Shown here piece by piece: positions 1-9,576 of a stretch of 63,007 nt of DNA (the stretch's first letter is position 1; the number at the start of each line of letters is the position of its first letter). The stretch lies in contig JAZRBL010000115.1 of the NCBI GenBank assembly GCA_045635045.1, positions 1 to 63,007 on the forward strand, written 5' to 3'. The stretch is from Candidatus Enterocola sp. Its GTDB lineage: Bacteria > Bacteroidota > Bacteroidia > Bacteroidales > Paludibacteraceae. Under the pieces are notes generated by a model. That model was not told where the DNA came from. It saw nothing but the letters and a program-made list of their open reading frames with translations, and did no database searches. The position numbers and the translations under genes were made by a program.

Positions 1-2
1 AA

Positions 3-781
3 CAAGTTCAACAACCTTTAGAGGTAATCGAAAATGTTATTTTAAACATTAGGGGTAAGCAAGTGATGCTTGATCGCGACCTAGCGCGTTTGTATGGGGT
101 AGAAACTAAGGTGTTAAATCAGGCGGTAAAACGTAATATAGAGCGTTTTCCAGAGGATTTTATGTTTCAATTAACAAAAGAAGAATTTGAGAATTGGAAG
201 TCACAAATTGTGACATCCAATTGGAAGTCGCATTTTGCGACTTCCAATTCTATTGTAAAAGGAGTACGTAAATGCCCATACGCATTTACAGAAAATGGAA
301 TTGCAATGCTCAGCGGTTTATTGAACTCGCCTATAGCTATTCATGTAAATATTCAAATTTTCAAGCTCTTTCAAAATACGAACTCCCTAAAGAAAATGTT
401 TTTTACAATAATCAACTCTTTGATGCCCATATTCTTATGTCGCAATTGGTGGAATCGGCAACACTGCGCATCGTTGTTATTGATAATTATGTAGATGCGT
501 CGGTGCTTGCCTTGCTAACCAAGCGTAAACAAGAGGTTTCAGCCGAAATTTATACCTACAAAATAAGCGAGCAGTTTTCGCTCGATTTAGAAAAGCACAA
601 TGCACAATATCCCGCAGTTGAGGTTTGTATTAGTAAGAAATCGCACGATCGATTCTTAATTATTGACGATACAGTTTATCACGTTGGTGCGTCAATAAAA
701 GATTTGGGGAAGAAACTTTGTGCGGTTATGCAGATGAATTCCATTACTTCAGAGGAGATAATGGGTAAGATAAAGCCCTAA
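3..781 (+). pseudogene. ORF6N-domain (KilA-N-like DNA-binding) protein, 5'-truncated by window edge and split by a frameshift
   Basis: The frame of nt 3 is open from the window edge. It reads ..IENVILNIRGKQVMLDRDLARLYGVETKVLNQAVKRNIERFPEDFMFQLT..AFTENGIAMLSGLL, the ORF6N signature as I recall it. Sensible sequence ends at ..VNIQIF (~nt 362). It resumes in the frame of nt 272 (FQALSKYELPKENVFYNNQLFDAHIL..HDRFLIIDDTVYHVGASIKDLGKK) and runs to the stop at 779-781. The frame switch coincides with the T4 run at 358-361. Confidence 0.55.
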
Positions 782-818
782 ATTTTCTTAATCTGGTGGA
801 AAAATCGATTTTTTTCTG

Positions 819-826
819 TAAGTTTG
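819..826 (+). promoter_or_regulatory. Bacteroidota -7 promoter box (TAAGTTTG)
   Basis: Exact match to TAnnTTTG, 24 nt upstream of the ATG at 850. Confidence 0.45.
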
Positions 827-849
827 TGTGTTAGTAAATACGATAGAGT

Positions 850-1590
850 ATGCATAAAAATTTAGTACTGATTCCTACCTACAACGAGAAGGAAAACATA
901 GAGGCGATTATTAGAGTTGTATTGGCATTGCCGGTGGCATTTGAAATTTTGGTAATTGACGATAATTCGCCCGATGGCACTGCTGGTATCGTAAAAAATC
1001 TTCAGAAAGAGTTTACAACCAATCTTCATTTGTTGGAGCGTCCTGGCAAACAGGGCTTGGGTAGAGCTTATATTGCAGGATTTGACTGGGCTATTGCACA
1101 TCAATACGACTATATTTTTGAGATGGATGCCGACTTTTCGCACAATCCAAACGACTTGGTGCGCCTTTACAAGGCGTGTGCCGAAGAAGGTGCCGATGTG
1201 TCGGTAGGTTCGCGTTATGTGTCGGGCGTAAATGTGGTAAACTGGCCCATGGGACGTGTGTTAATGTCTTATTTTGCGTCTAAATACGTACGTTTTGTTA
1301 CCAGAATTCCAGTGGCCGATACCACGGCTGGTTTTGTGTGTTATTCGCGCAAAGTATTGGAAACCATAGAATTGGATAAGATTAAGTTTGTGGGGTATGC
1401 TTTCCAAATTGAAATGAAATTTACCGCCTATAAATGTGGCTTTAAAATTAAAGAGGTGCCCATTATTTTTGTGAACCGCGAATTAGGCACGTCTAAAATG
1501 AGCGGTGGCATTTTTAGCGAAGCGCTGTTGGGCGTACTAAAACTCAAAATCCGCTCGTGGTTCCGCAAATATCCCCAAGCTAACTCCTAA
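850..1590 (+). CDS. GT2 polyprenol/dolichol-phosphate mannosyltransferase-like glycosyltransferase
   Basis: 246 aa. Motifs: LVLIPTYNEKENIE, VIDDNSPDGT, GLGRAYIAGF, FEMDADFSHNP, GSRYV, AGFVCY..GYAFQIEM. Confidence 0.85.
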   Translation: MHKNLVLIPTYNEKENIEAIIRVVLALPVAFEILVIDDNSPDGTAGIVKNLQKEFTTNLHLLERPGKQGLGRAYIAGFDWAIAHQYDYIFEMDADFSHNPNDLVRLYKACAEEGADVSVGSRYVSGVNVVNWPMGRVLMSYFASKYVRFVTRIPVADTTAGFVCYSRKVLETIELDKIKFVGYAFQIEMKFTAYKCGFKIKEVPIIFVNRELGTSKMSGGIFSEALLGVLKLKIRSWFRKYPQANS

Positions 1591-1607
1591 CTCCTAACTC
1601 CTAACTT
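1581..1607. repeat. Heptamer tandem repeat TAACTCC x3.9
   Basis: The sequence taactcc taactcc taactcc taactt spans the GT2 stop codon (1588-1590) and most of the spacer to pyrC. Confidence 0.8.
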
Positions 1608-1615
1608 AGGGTAAC

Positions 1616-2956
1616 ATGATTCTAATTGAAAACGCTCATATAGTAAACGAGGGTCGCATTGTAAAGGGTGCTATTCTTGTTAAGAACGATAGTATAGATA
1701 GTATTTTTAAAGGTGAAGCGCCTGCTTCGGTGCGCGAAAAGGCAACCCAGGTGATAGATGCTTCGGATTGTTGGGTAATGCCCGGGGTGATAGACGACCA
1801 TGTGCATTTTCGCGACCCTGGTATGACCGAAAAGGCCGACTTTTATACCGAAAGCAAAGCTGCTTTGGCAGGTGGGGTAACATCGGTAATGGATATGCCC
1901 AATACCAACCCATCTACCGTATCGCTCGATGCTTGGAAAGACAAAATGGCCATGATAGGTCAAAAATCGTTGGTCAACTACAGTTGCTATTTAGGGGCAA
2001 CCAATACCAATTTGGATGATGTGTTGGCTGCCGACCCAACTGCCGTTTGTGGCATTAAATTGTTTATAGGGTCGTCTACGGGTAATTTGTTGGTAGACGA
2101 TAACGACGCCATGACGGCTATTTTTAGCCAAGTAAAAGCTTTGGTGGCGGTGCATGCCGAAGATAATGCCATTATTGCTGCCAATGTGGCTAAACTTAAG
2201 GAGCAATACGGCGAAGATATGCCTGTGTCGCTTCATCCACAAATTCGTTCGCACGAAGCTTGCTTTGCATCTACCTCGTGGGCGGTAAATATGGCGCGCA
2301 AATACGGCACTCGCTTACACGTTATGCACATCAGTACCGAAAAAGAATTGGCCTTGTTCGAAGATAAACCATCGGCCGATAAATGGATTACGGCCGAAAC
2401 TTGCCCGCAATACTTGTTGTTTGATGCCTCGCACTTTGAAACCCTAGGTGCTCGCATTAAATGTAATCCTGCTATTAAATTATCGACCGATAAAAATGCC
2501 TTGCTAAAGGCGGTGGCTACCAATAGAATAGATGTAATAGGTACCGATCATGCTCCCCATTTGCTGTCGCAAAAAGAGGGCAATGCCCTAACGGCTGTAT
2601 CGGGTATGCCTGGCATTCAGTATTCGTTGCCATTGATGCTAACTTTGGCCAAACAAGGGGTGTTAAGCGTAGAGCAAGTGGTAGAAAAAATGTGCCACAA
2701 TCCAGCTCGTTTGTACCGCATGGAAAAACGCGGGTTTATACGCAAAGGGTACAAAGCCGACTTGGTAATTGTGCGTCGCAGCGATAAAAAAGAAATAACC
2801 GCATCCGATGTACTATCCAAATGCGGTTGGTCTCCTTACGAGGGCATGACGTTGCCCGTATCGGTTGCTTATACCTTTGTGAACGGTCGCCCCGTTTATG
2901 CTAATGGCATCATAGACGAAACCGTGAAAGGCGAAGCATTAAAGTTCAATCCTTAA
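1616..2956 (+). CDS. pyrC: Dihydroorotase
   Basis: 446 aa amidohydrolase. Motifs: PGVIDDHVHFRDPG, VHAED, GTDHAPH. Length and layout are typical of Bacteroidota PyrC. Confidence 0.88.
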   Translation: MILIENAHIVNEGRIVKGAILVKNDSIDSIFKGEAPASVREKATQVIDASDCWVMPGVIDDHVHFRDPGMTEKADFYTESKAALAGGVTSVMDMPNTNPSTVSLDAWKDKMAMIGQKSLVNYSCYLGATNTNLDDVLAADPTAVCGIKLFIGSSTGNLLVDDNDAMTAIFSQVKALVAVHAEDNAIIAANVAKLKEQYGEDMPVSLHPQIRSHEACFASTSWAVNMARKYGTRLHVMHISTEKELALFEDKPSADKWITAETCPQYLLFDASHFETLGARIKCNPAIKLSTDKNALLKAVATNRIDVIGTDHAPHLLSQKEGNALTAVSGMPGIQYSLPLMLTLAKQGVLSVEQVVEKMCHNPARLYRMEKRGFIRKGYKADLVIVRRSDKKEITASDVLSKCGWSPYEGMTLPVSVAYTFVNGRPVYANGIIDETVKGEALKFNP

Positions 2957-3738
2957 AACTCGTGCGTCCACTCAACGCCTTCCCAAATTTGGTAGGAGCG
3001 CAGGGCTTGGTGTACGAACATGGCCCATCCGTTGCACGTGGTGGCTCCTTTCGTTTCGGCTTGTTGCAAAAACAAGGTACGAATGGGGTTGTAAATGAGA
3101 TCATATACCAAGTGCTTCTCGGTGATTAGCTCATAGGGAATATTGGGGCACTCTTTGGTATGCGGAAAGGTGCCCACGGGAGTGGTGTTGATTATAATGG
3201 TATACGCTTGTAAGGTGGCTGCGTCAAGGTCTTGATACGAGATGTATCCTTCTTTAGGGGTTCTGGATACCAATACGTATTCAATGCCCAATTGTTGCAA
3301 GGCATAGGTAATGGCCTTAGAAGCGCCGCCTGTACCCAATACCAAGGCCTTGGTGTGCCAAGGTTGCAAAAGGGGCTTAATGGATTGCGTAAAGCCGTAC
3401 CAATCGCTGTTGTAACCTGTTAAATAGGGTTTCCCTTCTTTTTGTTCTACTTTTACTACATTCACCGCTCCAATGGCTAGAGCATTGGGATCTACCTCGT
3501 TCAAATAAGGCATAACCGCCTGCTTGTACGGAATGGTTACGTTAAAGCCACGCATCAGTGGGTGCTCCTTTACAATAGCAGGAAACTGTTCTATGCTATC
3601 GATGTCAAAGGCCAAATACTGCGACTTTATCCCTTTTTGGACAAATTTTTCGTTAAAAAAAGTAGGCGAGTAGGAATGTACCAATGGATGGCCTATAATT
3701 CCGTACTCTTTGGTAATTATTTTTTGCGTTTTTGGCAT
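2953..3738 (-). CDS. aroE: Shikimate dehydrogenase
   Basis: 261 aa. Motifs: YGIIGHPLVHSYSP, FNVTIPYKQ, NTDWYG-like NSDWYGF, and the Rossmann motif VLGTGGASKA. Confidence 0.85.
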   Translation of the reverse strand: MPKTQKIITKEYGIIGHPLVHSYSPTFFNEKFVQKGIKSQYLAFDIDSIEQFPAIVKEHPLMRGFNVTIPYKQAVMPYLNEVDPNALAIGAVNVVKVEQKEGKPYLTGYNSDWYGFTQSIKPLLQPWHTKALVLGTGGASKAITYALQQLGIEYVLVSRTPKEGYISYQDLDAATLQAYTIIINTTPVGTFPHTKECPNIPYELITEKHLVYDLIYNPIRTLFLQQAETKGATTCNGWAMFVHQALRSYQIWEGVEWTHEF

Positions 3739-4430
3739 AGTTTCTTCACAATAAAGTAAACAATAACAAGGCCAAATAGGGCCATGATAATAATAGATAG
3801 CTCGTGACTATAGGCTTCAATAAGTTCTTGTTGACCTTGCGCTATGTATCCCAACAAAGCAAGCACACAGTTCCATGCCCCTGCTCCTAGGGTGGTGTAT
3901 AAAACAAAAGAGAAAAGATTCATGCGAGCCAAACCTGCAGGAATAGAGATAAGTTGTCTAACGGCAGGAATCAATCGGCCCACCAAGGTAGAAACATTGC
4001 CGTGTTTAACAAAATAGTTTTCGGCGGTCTCTATTTTTTCTTTGCTTAAAAGGCACAAGCGTCCTAGTTTGCTGTCGGCAAATTTATAAATAATAGGCCT
4101 GCCCAACCATAAGGCTAGGTAGTAGTTTATAAAGGCTCCGATGAGTGCACCTAATGTACCAAAAGCAACCACTAAAAAAATGTTGAGGTTAGAGTCTGCT
4201 TTGCTAGCAATGTACGCAGCAGGAGGAATCACAATTTCTGATGGGAAAGGTATGAAAGAACTTTCTACCGCCATAAGTGCCGTAATGGTGCCGTAGTTCA
4301 TGTTTTCTTCGTACCATTTTTCTACCACCTGAATAATGCTAGGTTCTGCTACTGCGGTGCTATTGGGTGTGTTGGCGTACAATACGCTCACCATTAATAA
4401 AGAAATCAATAATAAGAAAGTCTTTTTCAT
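3717..4430 (-). CDS. DedA/VTT-family membrane protein
   Basis: 237 aa and multi-TM. Contains FVKHGNVSTLVGRLIPAVRQLISIPAGLARM, typical of DedA. Confidence 0.8.
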   Translation of the reverse strand: MKKTFLLLISLLMVSVLYANTPNSTAVAEPSIIQVVEKWYEENMNYGTITALMAVESSFIPFPSEIVIPPAAYIASKADSNLNIFLVVAFGTLGALIGAFINYYLALWLGRPIIYKFADSKLGRLCLLSKEKIETAENYFVKHGNVSTLVGRLIPAVRQLISIPAGLARMNLFSFVLYTTLGAGAWNCVLALLGYIAQGQQELIEAYSHELSIIIMALFGLVIVYFIVKKLCQKRKK

Positions 4431-5824
4431 GTTGGTTTATTCTTGTTAAATAAAGGATTATCTAGCATAAACTGTGCCATGGTGTCGGGGTCGTTCTCTA
4501 AGGCCAGTTGGAAATATTTGGTTTGTTGTTCGGTGTTACCCATCAATTGGTAGGTAAGTGCAATGTTTAAATCGAGGGTAGGAAAGGCGGCATCTATTTC
4601 TTTTGCCGCTAAAAATAGTTCTAGCCCTTTTTCAAGTTCGTCGTTTTGTACATACAAGTAACCCAACCAGATGTTCCATGCAGGGGATTGGTCAATGTTG
4701 TGTACCTTTTGCGCATACTCGGTGGCAATGTATAGGTTGCCAATTTCAAAGAACAGGCGCGATAGCGATTTCCAAGCCTCAATAACGTACCCCGGCTCGT
4801 GTATTTGTTCAAAGAGTTGGATGGCCTTGGTGTGTTGCTGGTCTTCTAGCAAAGAAAGACCATACTCCATTTTAACGTCAATAAGGTGGGGGTATTGTTG
4901 GTGCAGTACCGCTAATCTATTTACCGATGCCTCTAGCTGTTTTAATTTTCTTTCGCAAATGGCAATGCTTAGTTCGCATTTGAGCTCGTTGTAGCCTAAC
5001 TTTTGGCACCCCGAAAAATACTCAATGGCCTTTTGGTAAGCCGATGTACTCATGCTCAATACGCCATAATAATACCACGTTTCGGCATGCTTCTCGTCTA
5101 TGCTAAGGGCATAGCGAAAGGCCTTTTCAGCCTGGATGTATTGTTGGTTGTCGCAATAAATGGCCCCTAATTTGCACCAAGCATTGACCGAGTAAGGGTC
5201 AATGTCAATAAGGTGTTCTAACGCTTTAATGGCCTTGGTAGTATTACCCAATAGTAGGTATACGTGGCTCAATAATCCCCACGACTCTTTGTCGTTAGGA
5301 CATGCGCGGCAGGCCTTTATACAATAGGTAAGAGCACGTTGAGGTAGGTCGTAGTTCATAAACAACAACCCAAAATCATAGTACATAGAGTACGAATGCG
5401 TTGTTTTAAGGGGTTCTGCCGCTTTTATACACTCTGTAGCACCAGGCATGTCGTTTTGTCGGAGGCAAATTTCTAATTTTAGCAAAAGCGCATCAAACAA
5501 ATAATCGTAAAAAGCACGTGGCATTTGCTGTTGGTGTTCGTTGGCGCAGTCTTGGTATTGAGCAATAGCCGTATCTACATGCTCGGTAGCTAGTGCTAGG
5601 TTGTTCATTTCAAAATACACCTTAGACAAATGCAAGTAAAAGGGGGTGTGGTTGGGATGAAACGCCAACCCTTTTTTTATTGCCGTAAGTGCCTTTTCAA
5701 GTTGGGCCATACGAATGTAGTGCTCGCAAATATCTTCGTAATCGTCGCTTTCTAGGTAAGCGTCCGTATTCGATTCGTATTTTTTTACGAGTGCTAAAAG
5801 GGCTTTGTCAACTTGTTTGGGCAT
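4427..5824 (-). CDS. TPR-repeat protein
   Basis: 465 aa with repeated 34-aa A/Y/L-rich helical pairs (e.g. AWCKLGAIYCDNQQYIQAEKAFRYALSIDEKHAETWYYYG). Confidence 0.75.
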   Translation of the reverse strand: MPKQVDKALLALVKKYESNTDAYLESDDYEDICEHYIRMAQLEKALTAIKKGLAFHPNHTPFYLHLSKVYFEMNNLALATEHVDTAIAQYQDCANEHQQQMPRAFYDYLFDALLLKLEICLRQNDMPGATECIKAAEPLKTTHSYSMYYDFGLLFMNYDLPQRALTYCIKACRACPNDKESWGLLSHVYLLLGNTTKAIKALEHLIDIDPYSVNAWCKLGAIYCDNQQYIQAEKAFRYALSIDEKHAETWYYYGVLSMSTSAYQKAIEYFSGCQKLGYNELKCELSIAICERKLKQLEASVNRLAVLHQQYPHLIDVKMEYGLSLLEDQQHTKAIQLFEQIHEPGYVIEAWKSLSRLFFEIGNLYIATEYAQKVHNIDQSPAWNIWLGYLYVQNDELEKGLELFLAAKEIDAAFPTLDLNIALTYQLMGNTEQQTKYFQLALENDPDTMAQFMLDNPLFNKNKPT

Positions 5825-5827
5825 GTG

Positions 5828-6934
5828 CTAGGTAGATTGAGTAGGCGTCTCCTCAGAAGGAAACTCTTTTTCGTCGATAATAAAATGTTGGTAATAAGAT
5901 ACCATTAATGCGGTTATGGGTAATGCAATAATCATGCCAAGAACGCCCATTAACGACCCCCAAACCGAAAGCGAAAGCAAAATAATGGCAGGATGTAGCC
6001 CGGTGGCGCCACCCATAATTTTAGGGGTAAGGATTAAATCCAATATAAGTTGGTTGATAACAAAGATGAGTCCAATAAATAGAATGGTCCACCAAAAATT
6101 AGACTGACCTAATGCCGATTGCATAAGTGCTACGCATAGTGGAGGAATAACTCCCAACGAGTGCATGTACGGAATCATGTTTAACACCCCTACAAACAAT
6201 CCCATAAAGATGGCCATGGGCAAGTCTAGAATGCTAAATCCAATGGCAAATAGCACGCCTAAAATAAAAGAGATAAGTGCCTGCTTTCTAAAATAGGTAT
6301 TCATCTTTTCTGCCAAGTCGTTTGCCAATTGACTGATAAAAACGCGGTATTTTTTAGGAATGTATTGGGGCCAGTTGTTTGACAGGTTGTCAAAATCCAT
6401 CAAAATAAAGAACAAATAAAGGCAGAAAATAAATATTACCACAAGGCTGGTTAAGTATTGAAACGAAGCCGATACCACATCGTAGGCCTTGGGTACAACC
6501 GATTTGATGGTAGCAATGATGTTTTCTGATTTAAACCAGTCTTCAAGGTGTGCGTCCGAAAAAACTTCGTGGAAAAACTCGCGCAACATGGGTGGCAGAG
6601 TAGCATTATGATCCAGGGCAAAATAATTTTCTATCAGCGTAGTCATTTCGGAGAGTTCGTTGCCAATAGAAGAGGCCGCAAAAACAACAATCGATGCGAT
6701 GATAGCCAAAATGCTTACCAAAAGGATGCCAACTGCCAGTCCGCGGGGCTTAATTTTAAGTCGATTTTGAATAAAATGTACAAACGGATTGAGCATGTAT
6801 GCCAATAACCATGCCCCTACAAAAGGCAATAAAACACTGCTTAAACGTTTGGTAAGAAGAAAAAGTGCTATCAATAGCAAGATTCCACCAATGGTTCTAA
6901 CCGTGCGGTCGAGCGTAAATGGTTGTTTGTTCAT
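5828..6934 (-). CDS. AI-2E family transporter (PerM/UPF0118)
   Basis: 368 aa with about 8 TM segments. The C-terminal GGATGLHPAIILLSLSVWGSLMGVLGMIIALPITA is typical of the family. Confidence 0.8.
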   Translation of the reverse strand: MNKQPFTLDRTVRTIGGILLLIALFLLTKRLSSVLLPFVGAWLLAYMLNPFVHFIQNRLKIKPRGLAVGILLVSILAIIASIVVFAASSIGNELSEMTTLIENYFALDHNATLPPMLREFFHEVFSDAHLEDWFKSENIIATIKSVVPKAYDVVSASFQYLTSLVVIFIFCLYLFFILMDFDNLSNNWPQYIPKKYRVFISQLANDLAEKMNTYFRKQALISFILGVLFAIGFSILDLPMAIFMGLFVGVLNMIPYMHSLGVIPPLCVALMQSALGQSNFWWTILFIGLIFVINQLILDLILTPKIMGGATGLHPAIILLSLSVWGSLMGVLGMIIALPITALMVSYYQHFIIDEKEFPSEETPTQST

Positions 6935-6957
6935 TTGGGCAATCGTTTAAAATATAT

Positions 6958-6973
6958 TACATTTGCAAATGTA
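6958..6973. promoter_or_regulatory. Two back-to-back divergent -7 boxes forming a 16-bp perfect palindrome TACATTTGCAAATGTA
   Basis: TACATTTG (+, 6958-6965) faces the gene at 7025. Its mirror CAAATGTA (6966-6973) is TACATTTG on the minus strand and faces the AI-2E gene start at 6934. Confidence 0.45.
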
Positions 6974-7024
6974 TAAAAAAAGCACAAAAATGAGTGCAGA
7001 AAACAAAAACCTATAACAAATTTT

Positions 7025-7612
7025 ATGGATAAAGTAACCATTATACAAGACTTGCTTGCCGATGTAAGTGCGATGCAACAACAGTTGGATGTCATGAAGC
7101 AACAACTAGAGGTGATGAAGCAACGGTTGGCCTTGGCAGAAGTAAGCATGCAAGCCGATGGCGCGGCACTACAAGCTAGCCAATTGCGCGTAAAACAATT
7201 GGAGCTGATAGTTACAAGTCAAAAGTCGCAAGTTGTTGACTCGTTTAATTGTGAAACCGATGAATCGCCTAATCGCTTAAACGACTCAATAAAAAATTCG
7301 GTCGCTGAGCTTGTCGAAGCGCCCGAATGCGATTATTCACATTCGTTCATCAATTCGTCAACTTCTTCTAAAGACGCTCGCATCATTACCGACCTTAAAA
7401 AGGCCATAGGCTTGAACGACCGTTTTCGTTTAAAACACGATTTGTTTGGCAACAACGAGGCTTTGTTCTTAGAAACCATCGATGCTTTAAACGGTTTAAC
7501 TTGTATGGAAGATGCCGATGCCTTTTTAAAAGGTAAATTTGCATGGAATGCAGATGATGCAACGGTTGTCTATTTTTACGAAATATTGGAACGTAAATTT
7601 GTGCGCCCATGA
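7025..7612 (+). CDS. Hypothetical protein with N-terminal coiled coil
   Basis: 195 aa. N-terminal heptad-like QQQLDVMKQQLEVMKQRLALAE. The stop overlaps the rsmI start by 4 nt. Family not recognised. Confidence 0.5.
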   Translation: MDKVTIIQDLLADVSAMQQQLDVMKQQLEVMKQRLALAEVSMQADGAALQASQLRVKQLELIVTSQKSQVVDSFNCETDESPNRLNDSIKNSVAELVEAPECDYSHSFINSSTSSKDARIITDLKKAIGLNDRFRLKHDLFGNNEALFLETIDALNGLTCMEDADAFLKGKFAWNADDATVVYFYEILERKFVRP

Positions 7613-8274
7613 AACTGTATATAGTGCCTACGCCTGTAGGAAATTTAGAGGATATGACTTTTAGAGCCATCAAGGTACTAAAAGAAGTAGATTTTATTTT
7701 GGCAGAAGATACGCGTACTTCTGGCATTTTGCTCAAACATTTTGGTATAGAAAACCGGTTGATGGCGCACCATAAATTTAACGAACATCATTCGGTGGCT
7801 GGGGTAATAAACCTGCTAAAACAAGGCCAAACCGGTGCGGTTATATCGGATGCAGGTACGCCTGGGCTTTCGGATCCAGGTTTTTTGATTGTGCGTGAGT
7901 GTGCGGCCGAGGGCATTGAGGTAGAGTGCTTGCCTGGCGCCACCGCAGCCATACCGGCATTGATAAACTCGGGTTTACCAATGGATCGGTTTTGCTTCGA
8001 AGGGTTTTTACCACCCAAAAAAGGCCGCCAAACCCGTTTGCAGCAGTTGGCGGGCGAAGACCGCACCATGATTATTTACGAGTCGCCCTATAGGGTGGTA
8101 AAAACCCTTCAGCACCTTGCAGAGGTGCTTGGTGGCGCAAGGCAGGCAGCCGTATCGCGCGAAATTTCTAAAATTCACAACGAAACCGTTCGCGGCACCC
8201 TCGATGAACTCATCGCCCATTTTACTGCCTACGAACCCAAAGGCGAATTTGTACTAGTAGTGGCAGGTAAATAA
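7609..8274 (+). CDS. rsmI: 16S rRNA (cytidine1402-2'-O)-methyltransferase
   Basis: 221 aa. Motifs: LYIVPTPVGNLEDMTFRAIKVLKEVDFILAEDTR and SDAGTPGLSDPG. Confidence 0.9.
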   Translation: MKLYIVPTPVGNLEDMTFRAIKVLKEVDFILAEDTRTSGILLKHFGIENRLMAHHKFNEHHSVAGVINLLKQGQTGAVISDAGTPGLSDPGFLIVRECAAEGIEVECLPGATAAIPALINSGLPMDRFCFEGFLPPKKGRQTRLQQLAGEDRTMIIYESPYRVVKTLQHLAEVLGGARQAAVSREISKIHNETVRGTLDELIAHFTAYEPKGEFVLVVAGK

Positions 8275-8280
8275 AAATAC

Positions 8281-9576
8281 ATGGGCACCCTAAAAGGCAT
8301 ACATCAATGGTTTAAAGGCAAGTTGGTTAAAAACACCCTCCAACTGCTGTCTGCCAATGTAGTAGCGCAGGCTATTGGCTTTTGCATGTATCCCTTATTA
8401 ACCCGTTGGTACAGCCCCCAAGACTTTGGACTGCTCAATTTGTTTTTAAGCATAGGCGGTGTTTTGCTGTTGTTGGCAACGGGGTCGTATTACAGCGCCA
8501 TCGTATTGCCAAAAACCGAAGATAGGGGGGCAGCATGTTTTCACGTAGGCATGGGTTGCAATGTGCTAGTTACCTTGCTATGCGTACTTTCCCTTTTCTT
8601 CTCTAGTCAAATTGCCGCTTTGTTTGGTGTGCCTTCCCTGGCAGATTGGTATTATTTATTACCCTGGTACGTATTTTTTTCGGCCTCTTGGCAATTGCTT
8701 AATTTTTGGTATGTTCGTAACCAACAATTTGGCATGGTAAGTGCCTATCAGGTATCTCAGAGTGGCATTAATTCCGGTGCTAAAGGCATCTTTGGGTATG
8801 CTGGATTTTTGCAAGGAGGTATGATAATTTCGGTGGTGTTAGCCCCTTTGTTGTCGTTGTGTGCCGTGGTGGCTAGCTCTTTTGCAAAACTAAAACCCTT
8901 GCTTTTAGTGCAACCAAAGGTGTGCAAAGAAGTAGCACGTACCTATCAAAAATTTCCCTTGTTTTCCCTACCCAAACAGTTGGTTAACTACATAGGTGGC
9001 AATATGCCCATTTTTTTGCTCTCTCCATTTTTTGATTTAAAGTATGTGGGGTATTTTGGCATGGCACTAACCTTGTCGTTTGTGCCTTTGTCGTTAATAA
9101 CCAGGTCTTTTTATCAGGTATTGTTTGCTCATGTAACCCAACTGGTTAACCAAAATAAATCCATATGGAAAGCGTATCGTCGTTACTTGTTGGTGGCAGT
9201 ATGTGTTATCGCCATAGGATTTACGGGGTTATCCCTGGTTTTGCCCGATTTGACGGGATGGCTTTTGGGACATGACAAATGGCGCATGGTAGGCATTTAC
9301 ATCCAACTGATGTTGCCTTGGCTAGCCATTATAACCCTTACCAATACGTTCGATTTTATTTTTGATATTTTTGGTAAGCAGGATAAGCAATTTTATGTTG
9401 AATTGGCCTTGTTTGTGTTGCGCGCCTTGGCCTTGCTTTGGGGCATCTATTTAAACGATGTATGGTTTGCGGTTATGGCATTTTCTTTTGTTAGTTTTTT
9501 GGTACGTTTGCTATATGCCGCTTATCAATATTACTTAATTCATCAATACGAAAAACAACGATGCCAGTTCAATTAA
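8281..9576 (+). CDS. Wzx-like (MOP superfamily) oligosaccharide flippase
   Basis: 431 aa with about 12 TM segments. The N-terminus KNTLQLLSANVVAQAIGFCMYPLLTRWYSPQDFG is typical of polysaccharide flippases. Confidence 0.7.
   Translation: MGTLKGIHQWFKGKLVKNTLQLLSANVVAQAIGFCMYPLLTRWYSPQDFGLLNLFLSIGGVLLLLATGSYYSAIVLPKTEDRGAACFHVGMGCNVLVTLLCVLSLFFSSQIAALFGVPSLADWYYLLPWYVFFSASWQLLNFWYVRNQQFGMVSAYQVSQSGINSGAKGIFGYAGFLQGGMIISVVLAPLLSLCAVVASSFAKLKPLLLVQPKVCKEVARTYQKFPLFSLPKQLVNYIGGNMPIFLLSPFFDLKYVGYFGMALTLSFVPLSLITRSFYQVLFAHVTQLVNQNKSIWKAYRRYLLVAVCVIAIGFTGLSLVLPDLTGWLLGHDKWRMVGIYIQLMLPWLAIITLTNTFDFIFDIFGKQDKQFYVELALFVLRALALLWGIYLNDVWFAVMAFSFVSFLVRLLYAAYQYYLIHQYEKQRCQFN

Noticed and set aside
1-781. 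Calling a mobile element or prophage from the ORF6N-domain gene.
   Set aside because: - It is a single degraded gene at the window edge.
- No integrase, transposase, terminal repeats or phage genes are visible within the window.
2953-2956. Convergent genes with overlapping or abutting stops: pyrC/aroE share TTAA, and fabG/C-N hydrolase are 4 nt apart at 19097-19102.
   Set aside because: - The observation is real, but it is simply tight packing. There is no room for terminators or hidden elements.
- It is not evidence of anything unusual on its own.
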